In this document: positions 20,975 to 31,500 of the stretch, in pieces
How the letters are laid out: each line of letters begins with the position of its first letter
Position numbering within the stretch: position 1 is the first letter of the stretch
Made by a program: the position numbers and the translations under genes
From: an uncultured Eubacterium sp.
Lineage (GTDB): Bacteria > Bacillota > Clostridia > Lachnospirales > Lachnospiraceae
Length of the DNA: 64,000 nucleotides
Reading direction: 5' to 3'
Assembly: GCA_947089855.1 (NCBI GenBank)
Contig: CAMUML010000020.1
Coordinates: forward strand, 140 to 64,139
The notes under the pieces: model-generated
Told to the model about the DNA's origin: nothing
What the model saw: the letters and a program-made list of their open reading frames with translations, nothing else
Database searches by the model: none

Positions 20975-21834
20975 GTTTCTTCCTCCAGTTTCTTTTGAAT
21001 ATCTACTTCACTGCAAATTTCGAGCATTTCATCAATGCTCCGGTCCTGCAGCACCATTTCTCCAAAATAAGGTTCTTTCCATTCATAGGCAGTATGATAC
21101 TTTTGATCCAATGATATTTCCTGCGCATCCAGCGCACCTTTCCATCCTTTCACGCTTTTCCTGTAATCGCGAAAGCAAATATCCAGCTTTTGTACTTCCA
21201 TCTGCCCATTGCCCCTTGTTGTAGCCGCCCCAATGGAAACATATCCTTCATCCAAATCCTTTAGCACATGAAAAAGTAATGCCATTTGATAAAGTTCATA
21301 ATTTTTTATTGTGATTCGAGCCTGGAACGTTCCATCTTCTACAACCTCAAAATCATACAATGCACCCTTGTGTGCTGCCCCAGTTATCCGGTTGATCCCC
21401 ACACCTGTACGCTCCCCCATCACACAATTTTTAATTGGATAAGCGTCTGCCATATAAATCCTGGATGCAATATTCAACGAGCCAAACAGTTTGCATGCAG
21501 GGCATACATACCGGTATACATACTCTCCCTGCTCTTCGTATGGCTTATCAGCCTTACCATTTATTTTGCCATTACATTTGCTTTTATGGTCAAAAATATC
21601 ACAGCATTTTCCTCCAAACAAGTTTACGATATTTTCATATCTGCTGCGAAGCACCCCTTTCAAACTGCTTCCAGGTATCACCACCGTATCCTCACCATGA
21701 TAACGGCTTTTGATACACTGCATATCCAGCAACGTCGGATCCATCAATTTTCCCTGCACACTCCGTATCGTTAACGGGCTTTTCGTATGTAATAAAACTG
21801 ACAGTTTCGCTTCATTCTTCAACTCCCGGAACAT
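20950..21834 (-). CDS. Cas7/Csm3-group RAMP (start MFRELK at 21834)
   Basis: DPTLLDM, IPGSSLKG, CPACKLFG, GVGINRITG and IGAATTRGNG motifs. Confidence 0.9.
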   Translation of the reverse strand: MFRELKNEAKLSVLLHTKSPLTIRSVQGKLMDPTLLDMQCIKSRYHGEDTVVIPGSSLKGVLRSRYENIVNLFGGKCCDIFDHKSKCNGKINGKADKPYEEQGEYVYRYVCPACKLFGSLNIASRIYMADAYPIKNCVMGERTGVGINRITGAAHKGALYDFEVVEDGTFQARITIKNYELYQMALLFHVLKDLDEGYVSIGAATTRGNGQMEVQKLDICFRDYRKSVKGWKGALDAQEISLDQKYHTAYEWKEPYFGEMVLQDRSIDEMLEICSEVDIQKKLEEETCRSEKLY

Positions 21835-22657
21835 GCCTTTTCCTCCCTTCTTCCTCATGTAATTTCGTAAATGCAACCTCTTCTCCGCACAGATATTTCA
21901 CTATGTTTGTATGGTTAATATTCTGTACCCTAATATCCGTCAACTTAATTTCACCGAGCCCCCTTGACTTCATCCCGCCTATCGGAATAATCCCAAGTTC
22001 CATTGCCCTCAATAACTGCTTTACAACCTTCCACTCATGTTCTTCTGCATTTTCCAAAACCGCTTGAAATGAAAACTTCGTCCCTTCCGGCACAACCTCT
22101 GTTGTAAAAGTTCTATTTTCAACATTCGTCCCTAAATTACGGTCAATCGCTACGCCGCTTCGAATTTCAAATTCCCTTGAAAAGGAATCTTCATCAACCC
22201 TTGCATCCCTTATGCTAAATTTTGCACAACTAAGCGGGGAACCAAAAATCCTACATACCATACAGAGCTTTCCATCTTTCCCTCCTTTTGTTCCAAAAAG
22301 GTATTCGGAAAGCTTTTCCCCACTATCTGCTGCACGTTGTTCTAACAACCCTTTTAATGTTTCATCCTGTTTTATATCAGTACAAGGATTTTTCTCATTA
22401 CAGATTTCGGTTCTATAATTGGTTTCTTTTAATATGCCATCCCTACCAGACTCACTGGAAAGGTACTGTTCCAGAAAACTACGCATTGCGCCTTTTAATG
22501 AAGATCCTGGAATTAAAGGCAATCCATGCGCATTACGGAAAAAAGGGTTCTTGCATCCATTTGGCTGAAATACACTTTCGGCTGCCCCAATGTGTAGTGC
22601 TGTCACTGCAACCAGATTTCCTTCTATCACATACCGGTTAATAAATTCTTCAAACAT
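21812..22657 (-). CDS. Cas7-group RAMP, Csx7-like
   Basis: LHIGA, IPGSSLKG, CMVCRIFGS, RSGVAIDR and IGGMKSRGLG motifs. Confidence 0.9.
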   Translation of the reverse strand: MFEEFINRYVIEGNLVAVTALHIGAAESVFQPNGCKNPFFRNAHGLPLIPGSSLKGAMRSFLEQYLSSESGRDGILKETNYRTEICNEKNPCTDIKQDETLKGLLEQRAADSGEKLSEYLFGTKGGKDGKLCMVCRIFGSPLSCAKFSIRDARVDEDSFSREFEIRSGVAIDRNLGTNVENRTFTTEVVPEGTKFSFQAVLENAEEHEWKVVKQLLRAMELGIIPIGGMKSRGLGEIKLTDIRVQNINHTNIVKYLCGEEVAFTKLHEEEGRKRHVPGVEE

Positions 22658-22669
22658 CCTTCTTCCTCC

Positions 22670-23152
22670 TTAGCTTCTACTTACTGTAGAAACTTTCCAA
22701 AATAAATACCCCATATACTTTTCTGCTATCTGAAGCCTTATCAGGCGTTCATCCTCACTATTTATTTTATCTGCCCCAGCCTTTTGTTCTATCATCTTAT
22801 AGATTTCATCTTGTATTTTCATAAATGACTTTGCAAGTTTTTTCGCTACATCTTCACCGTCACGGCATTTTGCATTCCAACCACTATCCTTAGATTTTTG
22901 GTAAGACAAGTAAAGCAGCAATTCCTCAATACAGGCTGCTTCTCCGGCCGCCTTCATAAGTATTTCAAATTGCTTTCTTCCTGGAACTTTTCGTTTCTCT
23001 TTTTTTTCACCTATTGCCTGGCCATTTCCCTTATTAATGATAAAAAGCCCTCCAGCTTGATCTTCTGCCATAAAGTAGTCTATCTCTTTTAGCAAAGTTC
23101 TGGTTTCTCTTTTTAATATTTTTTCAGTTATAACTTGTATCTCTTTTTCCAT
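22670..23152 (-). CDS. Cas11/Csm2-like small subunit
   Basis: 160-aa helical protein between the Cas5 and Cas7 genes; 'ELLLYLSYQ..K...W' and 'YMGYLFW' motifs. Confidence 0.7.
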   Translation of the reverse strand: MEKEIQVITEKILKRETRTLLKEIDYFMAEDQAGGLFIINKGNGQAIGEKKEKRKVPGRKQFEILMKAAGEAACIEELLLYLSYQKSKDSGWNAKCRDGEDVAKKLAKSFMKIQDEIYKMIEQKAGADKINSEDERLIRLQIAEKYMGYLFWKVSTVSRS

Positions 23153-24314
23153 CCTTCTTTCCTCCTAAAACATCATAGTTAATATGAAAGCTGTCGCAAA
23201 CCCGTATTTTACCAAACCCATGTTTCGTGTATTTCCCTATGCCCTGTAATTCCAATTTTAAAAGTTCCTCTATATCAAAATGTTGCCCACATCTTTGATA
23301 TACAAAAACTGCCCCAGCCTTGACCACAAGGCGCCCCTTCCTTATAGCTTCAGTTTCTTCTGATGTATCAAACCCTCTATAAACTTCTTGAAATTTAAAT
23401 GCTTTTTGAAGCTGATAAGTTTGCCTTTTAAGCCCTATCTCTTCCTCTAGAAAAGTGATCATCTGGCTATCTGAAAGATCCGTCTGAGAAATCGCATCCG
23501 TTCCTATTTTTTCTAATTCCAAATAGGCATCCGTAAGCAAATCCAAAATGACAAACTGCTGCCCACCTCCAATCCCTTCATTAAAATTATATATCCTCTT
23601 CCTGATGTTTTCTGCTGTGCTGTCTTCCGGTACTTCGCCGTAAGACATATAGCAGGCGCCAAATCCCCTAGTCGTATCCGCCCCGATATACAATAAACGG
23701 ATCTGGCTTAATTCCGCTGCTGCCTGTGGGGATAAGCGGATATTACCAGAAAACCAGACCTCGGACAATTCATCATTATTATCTTTATATTTTTCCGAAA
23801 TAACATTTTGTGTATAAAGGGAACCTTCTTTTGCCGCATTCCGATGGTAATCAACCGCAGTCCTTGTAATCGCTGAATGGATTAATTTTATCTCTTGCCC
23901 ATCTAAATGAATCCCTTCTAAACGCCGCCATCCGGATTCCCCTGGCACTTTTGCCTGTGTCACTAAACGGCTTTTTAATATGTCATAAATCCCTATTTCG
24001 CCTTCTTGCTGATACTTTTTTCCCCTTGCTGTCACAGGATATGGGCTGCCTCCCATTGGATACAGCACCGGAAAGGAAATTTCCGAAAAATGTTTACAAA
24101 CTGTTTGAAACGCACATGTTCTACACTGGCTTTGTCCTTGAAACGTCAGATAATTATTTTTTTGCCCACAAGCACACCGCTGTATCAGTGCCTTTGCATA
24201 TGCAGCACGTAACACACTGCCTGGAATATAGTTTTTTGACTCCCTATAATTACTGTTAAGCTTCTTTCCGCCAATCATAAGGGGCGATTTTAAAACCGCA
24301 TCTATTTTGTACAT
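23124..24314 (-). CDS. csx10: Csx10/Cas5-group RAMP (start MYKIDA at 24314)
   Basis: Two RAMP-type Gly loops: YIPGSVLRAA...IGADTTRGFG and AGAVFVY...GIGKYTKHGFG. Confidence 0.8.
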   Translation of the reverse strand: MYKIDAVLKSPLMIGGKKLNSNYRESKNYIPGSVLRAAYAKALIQRCACGQKNNYLTFQGQSQCRTCAFQTVCKHFSEISFPVLYPMGGSPYPVTARGKKYQQEGEIGIYDILKSRLVTQAKVPGESGWRRLEGIHLDGQEIKLIHSAITRTAVDYHRNAAKEGSLYTQNVISEKYKDNNDELSEVWFSGNIRLSPQAAAELSQIRLLYIGADTTRGFGACYMSYGEVPEDSTAENIRKRIYNFNEGIGGGQQFVILDLLTDAYLELEKIGTDAISQTDLSDSQMITFLEEEIGLKRQTYQLQKAFKFQEVYRGFDTSEETEAIRKGRLVVKAGAVFVYQRCGQHFDIEELLKLELQGIGKYTKHGFGKIRVCDSFHINYDVLGGKKDGKRDTSYN

Positions 24315-24976
24315 ATCTTTCCCCCAATCTGCTCCTTGATCCACCGGTTTACTTCTTCAATTTCAATAAGCTCCTGCTCCGGCGCACCAGCCCGATTCCT
24401 TCTCGGCCCTTTTTTTACACAGAAAGAAACCTGTTCCTGTAGCCATCCCAACCCAGAAGAACATTTGCCACCCATTGAAAAAATAAGCCGTATTGCCGCA
24501 GCCAAATACGCAATATCTTTTTGATAAGTACCTTCATCCAAAAAACCGTATATACTGCTTTGAAAGGCCATGTTTCCACCATACCCACTTGATTCCAACG
24601 TATATAGCTGCCCTTCTTTTTTTGCCTTTGTATAACGGCTGATAGAAACCCCTGTCCGCTTTTGCGTAATGTTATCCTTTAGGTCATAATAATCGGATTC
24701 CTGTACCAACGTCCCATTTTCAAAAAACATACTGCCCTGCTGTACGCCTCCTGTTCCAAATATTTTTTCACCATTGTTAAAAGCAGGCACTATCTTGGAA
24801 AGTGCAGCTGCATATTGTGCTACATAACCTTTTAACGCCGCGCCCGGAATATAAGGGAGCCCATCCATCCCCCGTAATAAATAGGACTGTATCTCACCAT
24901 TTCCTGCACCGCCGCCAAAATAGAATGAATCATAAAATTTAATGGTAAGGCACATTTCGATTTCTACTTTTTTCAT
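24302..24976 (-). CDS. Cas7/Csm3-group RAMP (start MKKVEI at 24976)
   Basis: PYIPGAALKG, IFG, RTGVSISR and MGGKCSSGLG motifs. Confidence 0.85.
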   Translation of the reverse strand: MKKVEIEMCLTIKFYDSFYFGGGAGNGEIQSYLLRGMDGLPYIPGAALKGYVAQYAAALSKIVPAFNNGEKIFGTGGVQQGSMFFENGTLVQESDYYDLKDNITQKRTGVSISRYTKAKKEGQLYTLESSGYGGNMAFQSSIYGFLDEGTYQKDIAYLAAAIRLIFSMGGKCSSGLGWLQEQVSFCVKKGPRRNRAGAPEQELIEIEEVNRWIKEQIGGKICTK

Positions 24977-27021
24977 TTTGTATCCCCCGTATAATCCCAA
25001 AGTTCAATAGCATCCACCCAAGGGGAATATGCCACACCCTGACACACAAGATTTTGGTTTACTGCTTCCCCCTCAAATGCCTTTGCAAGCCTCCCTAATC
25101 CACACTTAACCTTTGTCCCTTCTTTTGTTTCCTCTTTTCTGCCTACCTGATACTCAAAAAAAAGCTCCGCCTCCTCTTTTATATGCTGATACCAACTTTG
25201 CTGCAGTTGAAATGCAAAAGATTTTTCTTTTTCTATTTTCTTTAGAAATTTTTTCATTGCGTCGGCCTGCGTCCAAGTATACGGCCTTAGAGTTTTTTTC
25301 GGTTTATCATCTTTTGCCATCCGTTGATAGGCAATATCTGCACCTCCTGGTATTTCATTTTCAATTACCATCCAATCTATCGTCCCAGTATTATTCCCCT
25401 TTTCCCGCTCCTGCCAAGCCTTATGTTTGGCAGATTTTAGCAATTTCTGCGCAATAGCAAATGAATACTGAACCGGCATATGGTCATGGGCGATGCATAC
25501 GCCTATAGACATAGTCATTTGACATTTCTCATTCGACTGGTTTTGAAACTTCTGGTCAAATATCTTTCCAATCGTGCAGGCAATATCATATGCTTTTGGC
25601 CCTGGAACAATCAAAAATATATCATCTCCACCAACTGCTATCACCTCAAAGGCTAACTTATCCCCTAAATTCTTATATAATGCTTCAAAGACCACTTCTG
25701 TCACACTATCTGCTGTAACTTCGCTAAAGTAGCGCATTGTCAGAAACGACTTTAAGTTGTTGATATGGCTGCTCATATTGTTGGCATCCCCATAAATAAC
25801 CCCGACAAAACCATTTTGTGCTATATACTCCAGTTTGTTGTAGCACTTTGTATCTTCAATCACCTTATTATATTTTCTTTTAACAAAATCCTTGTATTCC
25901 CGATGCCTAGAACGCTTTGCATCCCTGCCACCTTCCTGTTTTTTCCGCATGCAGCTTGGGCACAGCATTTCTTCTGCTTTTGTTCCTTCATGTAAAACTG
26001 CCACTGCATAACGGTTACGGCACGAAGTGCAAAATTCCTGTTTCGTTTCTTTAATTTTTTTCCATCCCCACCCCTTAACTGCTTCCTCCAAAACTTTTTC
26101 ATCTGCCTGTGGTTCTAAACGGAAGTCCCAACGCAGCCCCTGACGTTCCTCTAAGGCTAAATCCATCTCATCAACTACACTTTGATATTCATCAATTAAC
26201 CGCTGCAGCTTGTAGGGACGGCTGCAAAAATTAAACTGTGCTGTTACCGTTTCTTTTTCAGTCATAACCCCAATCTTCTGACAGGTTTCCTCCCCTTTTC
26301 CTTCTGGAAATATTCCCATCATTTTTCCGCCACCAGCATAAATCAAACATTCCCTGATATGTTCTTGGCTGATTAATTGTTTCATCTTCTCAGTATTTAC
26401 TTTTTCCAGCAGCAGGCTAGCACCACGTATCTCAGGTATTTTATTGGTCTCTAAATAATATTGCTTTATTTTTACTAACCCTCCCTTTACCAGATCAGCC
26501 ATATCCGTATCTAAACAACCTTTTTCCTTGTTCTGCCGACAGATCATCTGCTCTATCTGCTCTAATTCCGGGCTTTCTTCGGCGCTGTTTACCAGCTGCC
26601 AAGTAAATCCCTGCATCCGGATCTTGGCTTTTTCCTGCACCATATCTGGGCTATTTTGAATGGAAGGGTATTTTAACACATACAAACATGCCGTCCGGAA
26701 ACACACATAATCCCGGATACGCGCACATTCTTTTATCCCCTGTGCCAAATCCATAAAATAGGGAAGATCCGCAAACAGCTGTGCTTCTTTTGTTTCTCCT
26801 TCCCCATAAAATAGCTTTTCCATTTTATCGATGCTACCCTCTTTCAGATACTGTTCCAAAAGCTTCTTTCCAGCATGGTCAATGCGGCCATAATCTTCTG
26901 TTGAAATGCAATAATTTGTTCCTGTAACTAAATCCTTCCATCCTCGATAGCCGTCTTTCCTCTTTTCATACAGTTTCCTTTCTTTTTTTGCCTTTTCATA
27001 GTACCAATCTACATATACCAT
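24973..27021 (-). CDS. cas10: Cas10 (type III-D-like, no HD domain, intact palm/cyclase)
   Basis: KIKQY...EIRGASLLL, IYAGGG, Zn-type CTSC/CPSC, GVIYGDANNM, VGGDDIF and A..LLKSAK motifs. Confidence 0.92.
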   Translation of the reverse strand: MVYVDWYYEKAKKERKLYEKRKDGYRGWKDLVTGTNYCISTEDYGRIDHAGKKLLEQYLKEGSIDKMEKLFYGEGETKEAQLFADLPYFMDLAQGIKECARIRDYVCFRTACLYVLKYPSIQNSPDMVQEKAKIRMQGFTWQLVNSAEESPELEQIEQMICRQNKEKGCLDTDMADLVKGGLVKIKQYYLETNKIPEIRGASLLLEKVNTEKMKQLISQEHIRECLIYAGGGKMMGIFPEGKGEETCQKIGVMTEKETVTAQFNFCSRPYKLQRLIDEYQSVVDEMDLALEERQGLRWDFRLEPQADEKVLEEAVKGWGWKKIKETKQEFCTSCRNRYAVAVLHEGTKAEEMLCPSCMRKKQEGGRDAKRSRHREYKDFVKRKYNKVIEDTKCYNKLEYIAQNGFVGVIYGDANNMSSHINNLKSFLTMRYFSEVTADSVTEVVFEALYKNLGDKLAFEVIAVGGDDIFLIVPGPKAYDIACTIGKIFDQKFQNQSNEKCQMTMSIGVCIAHDHMPVQYSFAIAQKLLKSAKHKAWQEREKGNNTGTIDWMVIENEIPGGADIAYQRMAKDDKPKKTLRPYTWTQADAMKKFLKKIEKEKSFAFQLQQSWYQHIKEEAELFFEYQVGRKEETKEGTKVKCGLGRLAKAFEGEAVNQNLVCQGVAYSPWVDAIELWDYTGDTK

Positions 27022-27056
27022 ATGCTGTCCCTCCTTTTCATTACAATACCATAGCC

Positions 27057-28004
27057 TTAGGTTAATTTATATTTACCAAAACCAAAGCTTGTATTTTTTC
27101 CTATATGGGTCAACTCTCCTACTGCCAGTACCAGAAGCAACTCATCTGGCATATGGCCAAGTTCTGCATACCCTTTCACCCCCCATAATGCCATTTTTTT
27201 ATTTTGCGTCGATGAATATCGTGTCACAAATACATCTTTACAAACTTGCTCCTCAATCACGGGCATCTTATTTCCCTCTAGGTTCATGCAATCATAGATA
27301 CTGCAATCCATCCCTTCAAAGCATTCCAGCATATAAATTCTTCTTAGCACCGCCTCCCATATCGTTTCCATTTGGAACACATTTTGAAATTCATTCTGAT
27401 GCTTTAACGTAACTGGCGACTGAAAAGTAATCCTGTGCTTGCTATAGTTTTCCTGAATTTGCTTTGCCCGGTAACTGCCATACTCCCCGAGTGTATATAA
27501 CTGGTGCTGTTTCCTATCTTTAAAACCTTCTATTAAAAACTGCTTCCCCCTTGTATCCGTTATCGAAATAATCTGGAATTTAGAATGCCCTTTCCCGACC
27601 CCTTCCTTTCCTAGTGCTAAAAATGCCCCTATATACTGGTTAAAATACACAATCGCTTTTCCAAATAAGATAAGGTTAAACCGCAGCAAATCACCACCAC
27701 GGAACGTCTCCCTATCATCTTCACATTCAAGTATGTAACCTATGCTATCCTTTGCTGTCACAAATTTAGGCCGCAGATTGTATTTGGAATATAAAGTCTT
27801 ATGCACGATACACTCCGGCTCAAAATCACACCTTTCACAATTACGGTCACAAATGCAGTTTGCCCGAAGCAGCATCTCCCCCATCCCACCCCGCAGTGCA
27901 GAAACTTTATAAATTGGAAGCTTTGTATCCTCCAACAAAGCTACTGTAAAATGAAGTTTAATATATTTGATTCCAAGGGCATTTACTAATTGCTGCCTGA
28001 CCAT
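27057..28004 (-). CDS. cas6: CRISPR repeat-processing endoribonuclease Cas6
   Basis: SALRGGMG, Cys cluster, and C-terminal Gly loop GELTHIGKNTSFGFGKY. Confidence 0.9.
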   Translation of the reverse strand: MVRQQLVNALGIKYIKLHFTVALLEDTKLPIYKVSALRGGMGEMLLRANCICDRNCERCDFEPECIVHKTLYSKYNLRPKFVTAKDSIGYILECEDDRETFRGGDLLRFNLILFGKAIVYFNQYIGAFLALGKEGVGKGHSKFQIISITDTRGKQFLIEGFKDRKQHQLYTLGEYGSYRAKQIQENYSKHRITFQSPVTLKHQNEFQNVFQMETIWEAVLRRIYMLECFEGMDCSIYDCMNLEGNKMPVIEEQVCKDVFVTRYSSTQNKKMALWGVKGYAELGHMPDELLLVLAVGELTHIGKNTSFGFGKYKLT

Positions 28005-28103
28005 AACCCCAGTTCACCTCCTACCATAAACAAAAGTGCCCTCTAGTATACAACTCATATGCGTACTTGACTACATAACAAGTGTACTATATTTATAAGA
28101 TCT

Positions 28104-28132
28104 ATTATACACGAAAATACAATCAATTACTA
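28104..28132 (-). promoter_or_regulatory. Putative promoter of the cas operon
   Basis: TAGTAA-N17-TATAAT on the minus strand about 100 bp upstream of cas6. Confidence 0.4.
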
Positions 28133-28454
28133 GAGTATATTTTATAAATTGGTTAAAACTTAATTTTGTTCTATTTAAAAGAAAAAGGAATGATTAAGAA
28201 AACACCAGTACTATCAAACCGTGTAATGTTACCTGGCAATGTAGAAGTTTTTAGAATATAATAACCGAAATTTACAGAAGCGGAAGAAACTCTCCCCTTT
28301 TTCGCAAAAGGGTTCAAAGCAGCCCTCCAGCTATAAAAACGGAGGGCGGTACAATAAATAACCATTTACAAATTATCCCATATGCATCTTGCAGGGCTTG
28401 CGAAAAATTAATGCCGTTTTCTAAGGCAGCGTTGGTAGGAAAAACACAAACTTA

Positions 28455-28483
28455 CGGCAGCAGCGTTTCCAACGCTGCTGCCG
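28455..28483 (-). terminator. Terminator hairpin after the large esterase gene
   Basis: CGGCAGCAGCGTT-TCC-AACGCTGCTGCCG perfect 13-bp stem. Confidence 0.75.
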
Positions 28484-28501
28484 CTTAAATTAAAAACCGG
28501 C

Positions 28502-31500
28502 CTATGCCTTTTTAACTTTCAGCTTCAAGGAAAGGGTCTTCGTGGAACCATTCTTCATAGCCACTTTTACCTTTACCACTACGTTCCCCTTCTTCTTTGC
28601 CTTAACCACGCCATCTTTCGAAACAGAAGCTATTTTAGTATTAGAAGAGCTATAAGTAATCTTTGCAACATTTGCCATATCCATTTGTTTATAGAATGGA
28701 ATATTCAGCTTCCTGCCAACTTTCACAGTTTTTTGTGCCGCCTGCAGTTTCACTGTTTTTAAGATACTTTTGTTTACTTTTTGGCTCTTGGCTTCGTTCA
28801 AAAGAATATAATCGCTGCCCTTTGGCGCGCGCAACGATAGATTGCCGCTCCTGGATACTGTATAGCTTATCGCATTCACCATTGTATACTTCTTTGTTGC
28901 ACTGTTGTAAGCATACAGGTACAGCACGTTTCCGGCTGTAAGGTTTGCACTGTCGACGGTCAGCGTATATAGTTTTTTGCCGGCCTTGTCGACCATTTTT
29001 ACCTTCACTTTCAGATTGTCCGTACCGGCCTTTTTCTGCATCTCTTTGATGGATGGCCCTAAGATCACGGCTTTTGCATTCCCTGAACCTGCTTCTGCTT
29101 CCTTTGTGATTACGGTGCTGGCAGAAGTGATGGCATTATTTTTGTCTTTTACGGTCTTAATAACAACCTGCGCCTCATACGTGGCATCGGTATAGGTTAT
29201 TTTTTCCGTTGTTTTTAAGGTATTTCCTGCCGCATCTTTTTGTACGGCTATTTCATTGGTAACGCCGTTTTCTGTCTTTATGGACGTTACGGTTTGGGTT
29301 CCATCCGGTTTCGTTTCGGTAATGGATACCTCAACGGTTCCATCTGGTTTTTTGGTCGTCTGTGTTACTACGGTTGTCCCATCTTCTTTGGTATCCGTCG
29401 TAACCGTAACGTCATCTTTCGGGCCTGGTTCTTCTGGCGGTGTCACGGTTCCGCTTCCCGGATCTGTAGGTTTTTCCGGCTCTTGCGGCTTTGACCCGGT
29501 ACTGCCAGAAGAGCTGCCGCCGGACGAACTGCCGCCGGAGGAGCTGCCGCCGCTGGAAGATGTCTGCCCTACTTTACGTTCACCAATTAAAACACCCTGG
29601 TTAAAGATGCCTGCCGTTACTTTTACGGTGTAATAAGAATCCGTATTCAAATCCATAGAGTTGACCTTTACGGTATCGGACAACGCTACGGTATCCGCTG
29701 TAACGTCTACGGTATTGCGGTAGGATGCTACGGTACTGCCATTTTGTTCAATGCGGACGGTAACTGGTACACGCAACGGCGGGTTCGCCTCTTTTGTGTA
29801 TTCCGAAGCCGGTATGGTATTGAAGTAGTTTTTCAGCGCCTGTGTAATACCTGCCGCGTACGTTACCTCTACGGTATTGGCATCAACACGCGAAACGTTT
29901 ATCGAAAGGTCGGACAATAGCTGCTTCGCTGTTTCTGCATCCATCATCTTTAATGCATCTGTCTGGTAAGCAAATGCATCGATTACATATGGCAAATAAA
30001 ACGGGCTGTCGTGTTCCCCTTCTTCCAGTTCAAAGAAATGGGCAATCCCACCCTGACGCAGCCTCTGGTCCAGCGCAATCGCAGGGATGCCAAATTTATA
30101 CAGGTCACGGTTGCCGCTTACAAAGTAATGCGTATAATAATCTAAGTAAGCATCGCTTTGTGCCTGTGCGATCTGCAACGGGTTCTCGCCCATATTGATC
30201 GCCCCAAAAAAGCTGATAATGCCGGAAAATAAATCCGGGTGTGTCAATCCAATGTAATAAGAACCGCTGCCGCCCATAGAAGCGCCTGCTGTAAAGCGGT
30301 ACCTTGCATCCGGGATTGTCCGGTAATGGGCATCGATAAACGGCAGTATTTCTTCCGTTACCATAAGGTCCCATCCGTTATGCCACCAGCTGTCCCCTTT
30401 GCTGTCCGGAATAACCAGTATCGTATCCTGGATACGCCCGCTTGCGATCCCTTCATCCAGCAATTTATCGATGCCGTCAATCGCATAAGAATTGCTGCTG
30501 CTGTTTAACTGGTGGAAAACATATGCCGTCGGATACCTCTTATCGGCATTTTCCGCATCGAAATAGCCTTCCGGAAGGTATACCAAAAAGTCTTCCTGCA
30601 ATGTTTCTGCAGGCTGCGCTTCTTTTACGGCTGCTTCTTCCTCTTCGGATTGGACTGCCTGTGCTTTATACTTGGAATCAATGGACTGCGTATAGAAACG
30701 GTCGTGCTGGCCATATAAATATGCAGTGCCATATTTTATTTTGTAGTATTCAGCAACTTTTTGCGTTTCCGTGCTGCCGTCTGTTTTTGTCAAAGTACGG
30801 TCTGCCTGGTAGTAAAACAGGTCTTGCTGTACAAACACATATGCATTGGTATCCTCTATATTTGTAACGCTGCCCAGATAGGAACCTTGTACATCTTCCA
30901 GCAACATTTCTTTGGTAACGCCGGACTGGAAAAATGCTGGGTCAACTGTTTTTCCATAAGCATTGATGTCCTGTTTTACGATTGCTTTTATCTGTGTATC
31001 TACTGCCTGCTTTACAGCGGACGCGTCGCTATTGGATGCATAAATGCTTGGCTTGCTGGTCAGCTTGTTGTAAGCTGCTGCGGAATATAGCCCAGGATGC
31101 CCGCTATACCAGCCACCGCCGCCGGAATTATTATGGGTTAATACTACCATCACATTTTTTACCCCATCGCCGATATGCAGGTACTCTGAATTGATGGAAT
31201 AAATGCGTTCCGTATCCCAGCAGTCTTTTTCATGCAGCCAGGTCTGTTCATTTAAGCCGGTGCATCCAATTTGCTGCCCATTGATAAAACAGATGTCTGT
31301 TTCATCAAAACAGCCAACCGGAACGACATATTCCCCTTGCGGGAAAGAATCAGGGATTTCAAATTCCTTGACATACCACGCATAGCCTGCGTAGTTGTTC
31401 ATATCTGTATTCTTGGAAAAGTCGGAATTCCACCATGCCAGGCACGGATAGACTTCTTCCCAGTCGGCATATTCGCTTTCCTGCGGAAGCACACCGGCTA

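Noticed and set aside
28280-28350. c-di-GMP or other riboswitch before the cas operon
   Set aside because: Two hairpins are present, but I see no GEMM or other consensus motifs
28005-28501. CRISPR array upstream of cas6
   Set aside because: No 25-45-bp sequence recurs at regular spacing; the GTT...AAAC-like segments at 28168 and 28247 do not match each other
29500-29560. SSSGG repeats in the esterase gene
   Set aside because: Ordinary flexible linker before the cell-surface domains
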